Positions 48,858 to 61,728 of a DNA stretch of 64,000 nucleotides are shown here, one piece after another. Every line of letters starts with the position of its first letter. The first letter of the stretch is position 1. The stretch is from assembly GCF_006345805.1 (NCBI RefSeq), contig NC_043002.1, forward strand, positions 6,696,001 through 6,760,000, read 5' to 3'. Source of the DNA: Octopus sinensis. Its lineage: Eukaryota. The notes under the pieces are model-generated. The model was not told where the DNA came from. It ran no database searches and saw only the letters and a list, made by a program, of their open reading frames with translations. Made by a program: the position numbers and the translations under genes.

Positions 48858-49240
48858 TATGAGTATGTGGCTTTGTGGTAAGAAGCTTGCTTCACAATCA
48901 CATGGTTCCGGGTTCAGTCCCAATGCGTAGCACCTTGGGCAAGTGTCTGCTATAGTGCCAGGCCGACCAAAACCTTGTGAGTGAATTTGGTAGACTGAAA
49001 CCAAAAGAAGCCCGTCGTATATTTGTATGTATATATCTAATTATGTGTGTCTGTGTCTGTCCCGCCATTACCGCTTGACAACCGGTGTTGGTGGATATAC
49101 GCCCCCGTAACTTGACGGTTCGGCTAAAAGTGACCGATAGAATAATTACTAGGCCTTTAAAAAAATAAGTACTAGGATCGATTTGTTTGATTGCAACCCT
49201 TCATGGCGGTGCTCCAGCATGGCTGCAATCAAATGACTGT
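48858..49240 (+). mobile_element. SINE family A, full length
   Basis: gtggctttgtggtaagaagcttgcttc...gctccagcatggctgcaatcaaatgactg. Confidence 0.85.
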
Positions 49241-51660
49241 TCCAACCCTCCACGCCTTCATCTCGGCTCTTCTCTTCACCCCGGCTTTCCCCTCACCCTT
49301 CTACCTCCCTCTCCCCAACATCGTGCAACTATCCCTAACCTATCTTCTCCACTACACCACTCACCCTTCTTACAAACGCTGTAATCATCCCGCCACCCGA
49401 CTTCTCCATTTCCGTTGCTGAACGTTCGCTCCTCAGCATGGTCTCCGCTTCGTACATCTCACAGCCCACTGCAATGAATTCAGGACCAGCGTGGAAGTAT
49501 GTCATTTCCTGCAATGAACAAAACTGCGCCTACTCCAACACATGTTCGTAGTGTCACAACTATCGGGATTGCTTCTCGAACTGGGTCGTTGCCCATCCAA
49601 CTGGACGCTGCCTACAAGGCAGTTCGGTACCCTAGACTTGTTCGTAAACGCCGGCAAAAATCTTGATGATGGATTCGATTTCAAAGCAATATTCTGCCGA
49701 CTAAATATTACCCGCGCCGAATTGTCAGCTTTCCGCAACCTCCGTCGCCTGGACGACATCATCATCTAACCGGCTGACAGAGGTGGAGTAGTAGTTGTTG
49801 TTTGTTCCTCCTCGAGCCATGCCTGGCTCATAAGGGCCGGCTTCCCGGTTTCTTGGCGTATAGGTTCCCCACCTGGACGGGACGCCAGTCCATCGCAGGT
49901 GAGCTGCAAGATGCAGGAGGAAAGAGTGAGAGAAAGTTGTGGCAAAAGAGTCAGCAGAAGTTCGCCATTACCTTCTGCCGGAGCCGCGTGGATCTTAGGT
50001 GTTTCGCTCCTAAACACACACATCGTCCGGTCTGAGATTCGAACCCGCGATTCCTCGACTGCGAGTCCGCTGCTCTAACCACTAGGCCATGTGCTTCCAC
50101 GGAGTAGTAGTGGTCTGCAGTGTTGACTTTTACATGAGTAAGCGTTCCTACAGCTTCGTAAACTCGCGTTTTATAGCTTCTGCCCTCTGATCCGATACTC
50201 TCCTACAAACAGCGCGTTTCTAACATCCATGACCGCGTCCCCTGTGCTCCCCTCTGCTACTGCCACCAACCTCATCGTCTGAACACACCGCACCTTTACC
50301 ATCTATTTCCTTCCCCAAGTCCATAAATCCAACTACCCAGGCTGTCCCATCGCTTCTGTAACTGCTCCACAGAATACATTTCAAAATACCTTGACCTCAT
50401 CTTTTTTTCCCTTAGTTGCCTGCATTCCGTTCCATCCACGTACATCACACACACACACACACACCATAGTTACAAAGGCACACACACATGTACTCACTCA
50501 CACACACACACTCACTAACACATACACACACACATGTATATTCTTTTACTGAACATCTACAGGATACTCGCCTCCGGTCGCCAGTCACTTTTGTTCTACC
50601 AACCACTTCACCGAACACCTCACTTTCTCCGGCCTGGCCTTACACCAAGGAACCATCACCACTAGACTTCACCAAGAACAACACTACACTTCCACACTAC
50701 GAACTCATACACTGCTTGGACTTAACACCCTACTCTTTGTAACAGCTTCCACCTTCATTTCTCCTTTTTTAGCATATTTCAACTTTTACTTTTTAAGCTT
50801 TCAAATTTTTTATATTAAATCTTTTTATTGACATTTTTAAAAATGCAATTTATTTGAATTATTTTAATTAATATTTAAATTTTTAAAAAAATTTTCTGAT
50901 ATTATTAATTTCTAATATTTTAATTAATTAATTAAATTTTTTTAAAAATTCAATGTGATATTCTTAAGTTTTTCATTTTTAATTAAGGTTTTAATTTTTT
51001 AATTTTTAATTTTTATTTTTAATTTATCTTCCACACACGTCCACACACCCATATACATAACTTACACCCACTCACTTACTGCATAGATATCTACCGCACA
51101 CACACATTTCCATACCCTAGTATGTACTATAAAACTCTTCAACCATATACGCAAACGCAAACACACAAACACATACACACACGTCCGTTCAAAGACACGC
51201 ACACACACTCATACATACATACACAAACACATACCTACACATACAGCAACACCAAAGCAATCACACACACGTCATTCCGCCTGTCAACCACACGTCACTC
51301 CCTCACTCACATAACTCACATAAACGCAAATGCACACTCAGACGGATACTACCACACACACACATACGCAAACACTCACACACACTGGCCAGTCTTGAAC
51401 TCTCCTGCCTTCAAAAACCACTTTCTCTCTATCTCTACTTCCGGCCAGGTAGTTTTCAGGCAAGTAACGACGCGCGTGCTTTTTTCGGACTATTTTTTTT
51501 CTTTCTCTGTGGACTTTACCCTCATTCCTCTTTCTGATGAAGACCTCTGCTCAGATTGTCTTAACCTCTCCTTTTTATGAGCTTAAACTTTCTCTGAGCG
51601 TCAGTCTGATACATTCATTGTGTACGCCTTCTTGATTTTTGTCTTCTTGCTTATATTTTT
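49240..51660 (+). pseudogene. Degenerate Penelope-like element (N-terminal RT region + long pyrimidine/CA-rich 3' UTR + decayed HHR at 51531-51570)
   Basis: NITRAELSAFRNLRRLDDIII*PADRGGVVV (PADKG motif); LPKVHKSNYPGCPIAS..EYISKYLD; 3' ctgatgaagacctctgctc ~ ctgacgaagagctccgctc. Confidence 0.75.
49796..50100 (-). mobile_element. SINE family C (tail type 2) inserted in the PLE, 11-bp TSD
   Basis: TSD ggagtagtagt at 49785-49795 and 50101-50111. Confidence 0.9.
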
Positions 51661-52089
51661 GATTTGCCTCTCTCTCTCTTTCTCTCTCTCTCCCTCTCTC
51701 TCTCTCTCTCCCCCTCTCTCTCTCTATGTATACACACACACACACTTATATATATACACATAGGTATGGTGGTGCAAACAGGTAAATTAGAATTTAAAAT
51801 ATGCGTATATATGAGTATATTTTTATAAATATTTAGCAGAAGTAACAGAGTGACTCTACTAAATATTGATATGTGTGTGTGTGTGTTGTGTGTATGTGTA
51901 TGAGTGTGTGTGTGTGTGTGTGTGCGTCTGTGTAAAATCTCCATCATCTGTACTGCCTACGTATTGTTACTTGAACATTGCTTTAAACACACATCAAAAC
52001 ACCTCTGCGAACACAGAGTGTCAGATATTCTTCTGACCCTTTGTGTTGCATTCTGTGACGAGCGACTGAATGCAACAGAAAACATAATT

Positions 52090-52520
52090 TGATCATATCT
52101 TACCAACTCGTAACCGATCGACTAGAAATTATATTCATGGCAAAATATGAGTCTCAACAGCAATGTAAGCTTTCTGATGAGCATCATTAAGAAAGGTAAA
52201 ACCCAGAGTAAGAGCAACAAAATAATCGTCTTCACGAATTATGGCAGCAAGTTCATACTCCATATCATTTTGTAACAAGCCAAAACACTTAGGCAAACTG
52301 AGGTTTTACAGTTTTCAACTGGTGGGTCACACGTGGCCAGACAGTGAACATCTGTTACAAACTGGAGAAAGCGTATGATAAGCACTTGAAGATGTACGCG
52401 TGTTTCATTGAATATAAGAAGGCGTTCGGCTGCATCAGCCAGGCCAGTGTGGAAGGCTAAGCTTGAATTGAGTTTTCCCGCCCATCTATTCGAGTTGAAT
52501 CAAGCTCTGTGCGCTAAACA
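52090..52520 (+). pseudogene. RTE-clade LINE RT fragment
   Basis: Frameshifted ..GFST.GSHVARQ..ICYKLEKAYDKHLKMYACFIEYKKAFGCI.. Confidence 0.65.
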
Positions 52521-53401
52521 TATTTTGTGGAACATTTAAGTTTATCTTCACATACAAATTAAAACATAAAATGCAGCATTAACTACAATATCATAAATAC
52601 AATGCATTCATACGTACATGCTCACTTACGCACACACATACACTTAAATAAGCATTATATATACCCCTATATACGTTTGTACGAATTTGTGTATAAATGT
52701 ATACACCAATGCATAGTTACATATCTATGTATATCTATAAATAGACAAGAAAATATGACATAAAATCTACAGAGGACAAACGAAATGAAGACAGTTGTGT
52801 ATTTCTAGAAGCAAAACACACGTGGAAAAATGTGTAATTGTTGGTAGTTAATTAACATTCCAACAGGCTTGTTTTAAGTTTATTATTATTATTATCATTA
52901 TTATCATTATTATTATTATTATATTATTATTATTATATTATTATTATTATTATTATATTGTTATTGTTATTGTTATTATTAGTAATTATTATTATCATTA
53001 TTATTATTATTGTTATTATTATTTATTTATTCATTTATTTATTAGTGAGACAGTTCTCAAAGAAGTTTGTTAAGTTTGAACAGACTAACTGACGTCATAC
53101 ACTTATTGTAATTAACATTTGCGGCACATTTTTCCTTTGATATTCCGGGAAATAATTTTCAACATTTCGAATTCTTTATTGAGTATCCCAGCTGGCAGGG
53201 TCAACAGAAATGCTTGTCTGGCAGACAAATAAAATTTCGGAGCTCATGTCTCGTAAAGAGCTCTCATTCCTTTTCTTCCTATCGTATTTTAAATGAAATA
53301 TCCTTGTAACGGCTTCTTAAGATATATATATATATACCATATATATATATATATATATATATATACTATAATATATATATGGTGTGGGTGTGTGTGTTGT
53401 G

Positions 53402-53589
53402 TATAATTTTTAAGTATAAAGGGGATTTCTTTAAAAATTATTTTTTCAAAATAGTCATAAAGTCTTTTATCAAGATGTTACTAACCTTTTTACTAAGAAG
53501 TTTTTTCCTAATGTGTGAGCGATTTCGATCAACCTATTCAAACACAAGATAACTTTTTTAAATGTCCCCTTTATACTTAAAAACTGTAT
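53402..53589. mobile_element. Tc1/mariner-type MITE
   Basis: 19-bp perfect TIR tttttaagtataaagggga (53407-53425) / tcccctttatacttaaaaa (53565-53583); right end ctg-ta. Confidence 0.6.
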
Positions 53590-53649
53590 TAAGTAATTTT
53601 TTTGCAAAGACTTTCAAATATATATGTGTTTATATATATATATATATAA

Positions 53650-53762
<113 letters not shown>

Positions 53763-53873
53763 CATGAATTATACTGGACTCTTCCGTTGCCGTTGATGAG
53801 GAATCACTCCAATACACCACGACGTTTGAACCTTTTGAACTTTTCTGAACTTTTTTTTTGTATTTCTGTGTTC

Positions 53874-53909
53874 CTTTCTGCTGAAGAGCATAGACTCGAA
53901 ACGTAAAAG
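53874..53909 (+). ncRNA. Minimal hammerhead, family A, core CUGCUGA
   Basis: CUUU-CUGCUGA-A-GAGC(AUAG)ACUC-GAAAC-GUA-AAAG, followed by actttctcacttccc as at 21305-21319. Confidence 0.65.
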
Positions 53910-53933
53910 ACTTTCTCACTTCCCAAGGGTTAC

Positions 53934-53998
<65 letters not shown>

Positions 53999-54380
53999 TT
54001 ATATATATATATATATACATACACTTACAAACACACACAGTATGTGTGTATATTTAAATATTACTGCCTATTCACTTACATATATATACATTCTAGCTGC
54101 GTTACCTAAAATCCCATTTGAAACGATGGTGAGGGCATATGTGTTTATCAACTCATTAAAAGGATCACAAATAAAATAAAAAATAAAGAAAAGCAACAAC
54201 GGAATGAGAACTTGAGACAATTGTCTACAACTCGAAGAATACGTCGGTAAACATTTCGTGAAATATATTGGAGTTAAAACTCAAATTATTCCCTAGTATA
54301 ATGCACATTTCATAAGGTAGGATTCCGCATGTAAACTCTGAAATCTGTCTCTCTCTTCTCTCAATTCCCAATGTAATAAT

Positions 54381-54677
54381 GTTGTTGTTGTTTGTTCCCT
54401 CTCGAGCTCATAAGGGCTGCTTTCCAGGTTTCTTGGCGTATAGGTTCCCCGCCTGGACGGGACGCCGGTCCGTCGCAGATGAGCTGCAAGATGCAGGAGG
54501 AAAGGGTGAGAGAAAGTTGTGGCGAAAGAGTCAGCAGACGTTCGCCATTACCTTCTGCCGGAGCCTCGTGGAGCTTAGGTTTTTGGCTCATAAACACACA
54601 TCGCCCGGTCTGAGATTCGAACCCGCGATACCTCGACCGCGAGTCCGCTGCTCTAACCACTAGGCCATGTGCCTCCG
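54381..54677 (-). mobile_element. SINE family C (tail type 2), 12-bp TSD
   Basis: TSD caatgtaataat at 54369-54380 and 54678-54689; (AAC)n tail. Confidence 0.9.
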
Positions 54678-55642
54678 CAATGTAATAATATTGAATGAGA
54701 AATGAGAAAATTACATTGAGGGTATTTCCTCCTCACTATATTTATTTCCATTTTCATGAAATGTCTCACTTCATAAAATGTTTAACTAATAACTCACAGT
54801 TTATGCCCTGCTGACGATTTCTAAAAGGAAGGAGGGCCAACAGCTAGAAATATTAAGAACTTCGTAATAAGCAATCAAGAACAATATTGTGGATTCTATG
54901 CATCATATACCCCGTACTTCCTTAATTTCAGTTTCAAGTCTCATATTTCAAATCTTGCGTAATGTTATGGCGAAATGATTATCTCCCTTCTAATAGCTGT
55001 GTCCGCTTGAGAATCACATACACACGTGAGCGCACACAAGCAAGCATACAAACGCACAAGCATATACATATTCACATGCAAATGCCTGCACAAACACACA
55101 CACGTACGTGGTTCAGAAATTCCTTTAGCATATGAATAATGCAGTAAAATAGAATAAAAAGAATAAGAAATTCAAGGATCAAAGCTAAGTCGAAAAGTTT
55201 CTTGAGTGCAATACAAGATCAGGGCTTCCACGTGATGAACTAACAAAAACATACAATACTATATTGAATTATTGTAGAATATGTCGAAATAAGGAAGAAG
55301 CAGTGAAACACAGTGTCTTTTAATTGATTTGTCTTAACCTATGTACATGTGTGTGTGTATGTGCGTGTGTGCATGAGTGTGTGTACGTGCGTGCGTGCGT
55401 GTGTGGGTGCGCGTGTGTCACAGGTAGCTTCGGCCTGGCTTTATACCATGCACCTAGTACCACATCTTCTCTTTATGAACTCAGACGCCTTTTGGACTTA
55501 GCACCCTACTCTTCCTTTTGATAGCTTCCAACTTCCATCTCTATCACCAAACTCAATCCCCCTTTCCTCTGTTTTTCCATAATTTTCTCTCTCAATATAT
55601 TTTGGACACACTTGCCCACACTTACATACACAACGTGTACCG

Positions 55643-56055
55643 ATTTCTTTACTACCCACAAGGGGCTAAACACAGAGAGGACAAACAAGGACAGACAAAG
55701 GGATTAAGTCGATTACATCGACCCCAGTGCGTAACTGGTACTTATTTAATCGACCCCGAAAGGATGAAAGGCAAAGTCGACCTCGGCGGAATTTGAACTC
55801 ATAACGTAACGGCAGACGAAATACCTATTTCTTTATTACCCACAGGGGGCTAAACATAGAAGGGACAAAGAAGGACAGACAATCAGATTAAGTCGATTAT
55901 ATCGACACCAGTGCGTAACTGGTACTTATTTAATCGACCCCGAAAGGACGAAAGGCAAAGTCGACCTCGGTGAATTTAAACTCAGAACGTAACGACAGAC
56001 GAAATACCGCTAAGCATTTCGCCCGGCCTGCTAACGATTCTGCCAGCTCGCCGCC
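55643..56055 (-). mobile_element. Dimeric SINE family B-Meta
   Basis: Head plus two units; junction gaaatacctatttcttta at ~55820. Confidence 0.85.
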
Positions 56056-56395
56056 TTTACACTACTTATACCACTACCACCTACAAGGTGACGACACTGG
56101 TGCTTATCTCCGGATTATCTACTCATTCTTCCTTTCCTCTTCTCTGGACATTTTCCTCTATCCGACGAAAAGCCATGCTCTTACGCTTCCATCTAAACTT
56201 TTCACTGACCGTTAACCTTGTGTACGTCTAATTGAATTTGTTATTCTTCTATATGTATGTACATACATAGATATATAAACAGTAGAAGTACAGGTGTCAA
56301 TCCATTCTGTCAACTGAAATAGTAGCGGATCACTGTAAATGGTTTGCTCTGTGGATTTTAAATCATTTCGATTGTCTTTTGTTTTGAAGTTCATG

Positions 56396-56484
56396 AATTC
56401 ATCTGATGAAAATGGTTTCTTTACAATAATGAAATGTTTTCATTAATCAATTAAAGGGGTCGTTAGAAACGGCCGTAATGGATT
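56396..56484 (+). ncRNA. Type-I hammerhead ribozyme, canonical core, long stem II
   Basis: AAUUCAU-CUGAUGA-A-[13-bp stem with G-U pairs plus inner hairpin]-A-GAAAC-GGCC-GUA-AUGGAUU; palindromic stem III ACGGCCGU; stem I 7 bp. Confidence 0.8.
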
Positions 56485-56789
56485 GACACCTATACCCCTA
56501 CTGTTATTCATTTATGCTTTATTCAGCAGTCTCGGAATCTACCCGTCGTAAATATTCTGGACCGTATATCTAAGATAATGTACATGTCTGGATAGTGCAA
56601 GAGCGGATTTCTTCACTCAGCTATGGTAAATTGTCTACTTACACTGCAACAATATCTTTCAGCCGGTACCTATGTACGGAGTTTGATATTTACATAATAT
56701 TGTTGTGCGTGTATACTATTCCGACCTAACGAGGTACCTCACTGTCAATACCTAATTCAACTGAAACTTGCTTATATATATATATATAT

Positions 56790-57215
56790 ATGATGGCCGT
56801 CCACTCGTGACCGAGGAAGACCATTGCCGACCTTCAGGAACATTGTGCGCTCTAGGACTAACTTATATTTTGCATTTGCGGCTCCGTTGGTGGCTAATGA
56901 GCCCTGCTCTTGACAAGCATACACGACTGCAAACATTGCAGACCAAGCTTTCCCCATTCACTATACGAGCCGTGCGCTTTCGCGCAGCTCGCTTAAGTTC
57001 TTGATGCTGGATACGTGCTCTCTCAAAAGTGTCGATCCCCTCCTTAACCTGCTTCCTCCATCTGTGGCGATGACAGGCATTGTTCTCCCAGTCAGTGTCC
57101 TCCATATCAAAAGCCTTTAACGAGGACTTGACACAGTCCTTAAATCGCAGCCTTGGTTTCTGCCGGAGTCTCCTTCCATTCACAAGTTCTCGATAGAGCA
57201 TCTGCTAAGGAATCC

Positions 57216-57217
<2 letters not shown>
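56790..57217 (-). mobile_element. RTE/BovB-like LINE 3' end
   Basis: LYRELVNGRRLRQKPRLRFKDCVKSSLKAF..WENNA..RHRWR..CNVCSRVCLSRAGLISHQR; flanked by (TA)n. Confidence 0.9.
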
Positions 57218-57263
<46 letters not shown>

Positions 57264-57342
57264 GTGTATACATATATACATATATACATATATACACGCA
57301 CGCATACACACGCGCACGCACACACACACATATTTATATATA

Positions 57343-57508
57343 GGCGCAGGCGTTGCTGTGTGCTAAAAAGCTTACTTCCTAATCACTTGGTTCCAGGTTC
57401 AGTCCCACTGCGTAGCACCTTGGGCAAGAGTCTTCTACTGTAGCATCGGACCAGGTAAAGCCTCGTGATTAGATTTGGCAGACAGAACCTGAAAGACGTT
57501 TGTCGTAT
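57343..57508 (+). mobile_element. SINE family A head and body
   Basis: ggcgcaggcgttgctgtgtgctaaaaagcttac...ggttcagtcccactgcgtagcaccttgggcaagag. Confidence 0.8.
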
Positions 57509-57519
57509 ATATGTGTGTA

Positions 57520-57601
<82 letters not shown>

Positions 57602-58124
57602 TAGACTTACGATACATCTTACATACTTGGGATATATGACAATTACAAATTACGAACAGAAGGAGATGATACAGCCATAGACCAGAATATGTCTGACAGA
57701 AAGACAAAGCGACAATACTATGGAGCTATGTTAATACACAAAGCCTGTGACAGAATGACTAGTTTCTGCACGCCTGCAATGAAGTAGAACAAGGGGGTGA
57801 ATAGAAGAATATTTATCCTAACAATGTGTGTAGTTTGAACGCCCTATGTCAGTTAATGAAAAAGTTATGCTCAATTGTGCATTATTTTCGGTACAACCCC
57901 CACATAGCTATATTCTTTATTTAGCTCTTACGCTACACACACTCACACGTACGCACACGCACACGCACGCACGCACACATACACACGAAGCAGACACACA
58001 TATACACATAAGTGTATATGTAATGGTCATGCCACCACCTCATAATTAGATAGACGTTGCGTGCAAATCTTGCTCAATTAGTATTGTACTGCCTTTTGGT
58101 TGCTGCAAATGTTTCTACAAATGG

Positions 58125-58206
58125 TGGTGGTGATGATGATGATGATGATGATGATGATGAGGAGGAGGAGGAGGAGAGGAAGATGATGATGATGAGGAGG
58201 AGGAGG

Positions 58207-58247
<41 letters not shown>

Positions 58248-58298
58248 GATGATGGTGATGATGATGACGATGATGATGATGATGATGGTGATGATGAC

Positions 58299-58330
<32 letters not shown>

Positions 58331-58575
58331 CGATGAAGATGATGACGATGAAGATGATGATGATGATGATGATGATGATGAGATGATGATGATGATGATG
58401 ACGATGATGATGATGATGATGATGAAGATGAAGATGATGGTGATGATGATGATGATGATGATGACGATGATGAAGATGATGATAATGATGATGATGATGA
58501 TGATGAAGACGATGACGATGATGATGACGATGAGGAGGAGGAGGAAGACGACAACGAACACAACGATGACGACGA
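58125..58575. repeat. Long degenerate (GAT)n/(GAG)n trinucleotide array
   Basis: Direct reading. Confidence 0.95.
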
Positions 58576-59093
58576 TGGAATTGGTACAGTTGACTTCGTA
58601 TTGGATATGTGTCTGCGAAAACGTGACGTAGAGCATGGGGATTTTGCGATGAGGTGGACTATGGCGATGATGATGATGACGATAGTAACGAAAGTGCTAC
58701 TGATGAGTGAGAATGCAGAGTTGATTTGATGATGATGCTAATGAAAACAACGATAATGGTGATGACTGTTATTTAGGAGGTGTGCGGGGGGGGGGCGGAA
58801 TCGGACAGCTAGTGAGACTCTGGTACCGTCCAGTAAATGAAGGAATGACTTCGATGAAGCAAAAGGCTGTAAATAAATATATAAACCGATAAATAAGTAA
58901 ATAAAAATATAAATCAAAATGCGAATAAAGACAAATGACTGACATGTTGCCGGTGTAACATTAATGTAGTTTGATCGCTTTTGCGTGTTAAGACTTGAAC
59001 AGAGCAACGGACATCGGTAATAACCGACTGCTATATGTCAATTGCCGACATGCGGTCGCCATTTTTATCGACGTTATTGCTTCTGAAACTGCT

Positions 59094-59170
59094 TGATGAT
59101 GATGATGATGATGACGATGGTGATGACGATGATGATGATGATGATGGTGATGATAATGATGATGATGATA

Positions 59171-59201
<31 letters not shown>

Positions 59202-59227
59202 CGATGATGATGATTATGAGGATGATA

Positions 59228-59263
<36 letters not shown>

Positions 59264-59308
59264 ATGAGGATGATGATGATGACGATGATGATGATGGCGA
59301 TGATGATG

Positions 59309-59339
<31 letters not shown>

Positions 59340-59429
59340 CGATGATGATGATTATGATGACTATGATGATGGTGGTGACCAAGGTGATGATGATGATAGT
59401 GGTGATGACCATGATGATGATAATGATGT

Positions 59430-59468
<39 letters not shown>

Positions 59469-59506
59469 CGGTGGTGGTGGTGGTGGCAATGATGATGATG
59501 ATGATT
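59094..59506. repeat. Long degenerate (GAT)n array
   Basis: Direct reading. Confidence 0.95.
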
Positions 59507-59904
59507 TAGTCCAGTCAGCAGTGGTTTCCGTCACTCTGCTTCCTTAACAGTAACAATAATCTCAGCAACAATCATGATGATGATGATGATGATGATGATG
59601 ACTACGATGATGATGATGAGTAGGCAGAGGAGGATGAGGATACAGGAGGATTCTTCTGATGCTGACATCCTTTTAAGCCGTTTCTTGCCATTGATTTTTT
59701 TCTTCTTTTTTTTTTACCTTGAAGCAAGAGACAAACTGATAAATGAGGGAAGTGGAGTGTCATCAAATGATTTGACACCTTTCTTTTTACGTCTACTTAT
59801 CAAGTCCATGAAAAACAACTTGCACGGTGGCTCGACCTGCTAGAAATAATAGCTAAATCTCCGTGACGTACGTCTTTAAAATTATGGTAGGACACATTCG
59901 TAAA

Positions 59905-60055
59905 TCATCACCATCATTATCATCGTTTAACGTCCGCTTTCCATGCTAGCATGGGTTGGTAGGTTCAACTGGGGTCTGGGAAGCCAGAAGGCTGCACCAG
60001 GCTTCGATCTTGATCTGGCAGTGTTTCTACAGCTGGATGCTCTTCCTAACGCCGT
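59905..60055 (-). mobile_element. 3' fragment of a further SINE (ggatgcccttcct-type core, (ATG)n tail)
   Basis: catcattatcatcgtttaacgtccgctttccatgctagcatggg...gctggatgctcttcctaacgcc; family recalled from memory only. Confidence 0.55.
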
Positions 60056-60555
60056 GGATCTAAATACACTATTTCTGAATAGAAGATGGAGTGGACATGA
60101 CTGAAGGATCTTTGTTCGAGGTTTTGCTTCGCTTTTTACTGAGTATAACCATCTTCATAGCCAGTAGTCTTGGTATAAATAGCAGCAAAACTGTTTGAAT
60201 CAAATTTTGAATGTTTTGCATACAGGAGACAAAACTTCATTACAGCCCAAGCAGTGTCAACGCAAAGACATTGAGACAAATATGCATAAGCAAATGAACA
60301 CACACACACACATATGTCACAAAAGATTTGCTGTCATTGCCAAACTAAAGCAACCTGAACTGACCAACTGAGATTCAAATATTCTCACCTAGAAGCCAAC
60401 TTTAATATTTCTCTCTGCTCATCTAAAAATGTGTCAACATTTTGTGCCTACAAGATAATCTAGATCAAAGTCAATCGGATATATACAACTCCAACTAAAT
60501 GTATGGAGGGCTATTTTCTTTCATCTGTTTACTTGTGTGTGTGTGTGTGTAAGAC

Positions 60556-60590
<35 letters not shown>

Positions 60591-60736
60591 TCATCATTTT
60601 ACTACTATCTACTTTTCCAAAACATTCAGAAGATTGACATATTAGAAAATGCAGTTCTAGGTACTCTTAAATGAATGGAATGGTCATCGCTTGTTTTTAG
60701 AACACATAGGTGTCATCCAAGGTGAACTCAAGGTGA

Positions 60737-61152
60737 GGGCGGCGAGCTGGCAGAAACGTTAGCACGCCGGATGAAATGCTTCAGCGGTATTTCGTCCGCC
60801 GCTACGTCCTGAGTTCAAATTCACCGAGGTCGACTTTGCCTTTCGTCCTTTCTGGGTCGATAAATTAAGTACCAGTTACGCACTGGGGTCGATATAATCG
60901 AATTAATCTGTTTGTCTGTCCTTGTTTGTCTCCTTTGGGTTTAGCCCCCTGTGGGCAGTAAAGAAATAGGTATTTCATCTGCCGTTACGTTCTGAGTTCA
61001 AATTCTGCCGAGGTCGACTTTGCCTTTCATCCTTTCGGGGTCGATAAATTAAGCACCAGTTACGCACTTGGGTCGATGTAATCGACTTAATCCGTTTGTC
61101 TGTCCTTGTTTGTCCTCTCTGTGTTTAGCCCCTTGTGGGTAGTAAAGAAACA
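60737..61152 (+). mobile_element. Dimeric SINE family B-Meta, full length
   Basis: ggcggcgagctggcagaaacgttagc plus two units; junction aagaaataggtatttc at ~60961. Confidence 0.9.
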
Positions 61153-61350
61153 GGTGTCATTCAAGGTTGAGTTGATACCAACCAACAACAGCAGTAGTCA
61201 CAACAGAAACTGCAACAACAGTTGAGTACTTGATTGGTCTAAAAGGAATGTAACACGAATTCTTCTCCTGTGAGATTTAGTGTGTGACCTCAGAAACTAG
61301 AAATTAGATATTTTAAATCCATTTAAATATTCCATCGTTTCTTCTATATC

Positions 61351-61728
61351 TGTTTCTTTACTAACCACAAGGGGCTAAACACAGAGGGGACAAACAAGGA
61401 CAGACAAACGGATTAAGTCGATTACATCGACCCCAGTGCGTAACTGGTACTTAATTTATCGGCCCCGGAAGGATGAAAGGCAAAGTCGATCTCGGCGGAA
61501 TTTGAACTCAGAACGTAACGGCAGACGAAATACCTATTTCTTTACTACCCACAAGGGGCTAAACACAGAGGGGACAAACAAGGACAGACAAACGGATTAA
61601 GTCGATAACATCGACCCCAGTGTGTAACTGGTACTTAATTTATCGACCCCGGAAGGATGAAAGGCAAAGTCGACCTCGGCGGAATTTGAACTCAGAACGT
61701 AGCAGCAGACAAAATACGGCTACGCCGC
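61351..61728 (-). mobile_element. Dimeric SINE family B-Meta with 12-bp TSD and internally deleted head
   Basis: TSD ttcttctatatc at 61339-61350 and 61729-61740. Confidence 0.9.

Noticed and set aside
52165-52200. CTGATGA...GAAAG motif
   Set aside because: Lies in an RTE coding remnant; no stems
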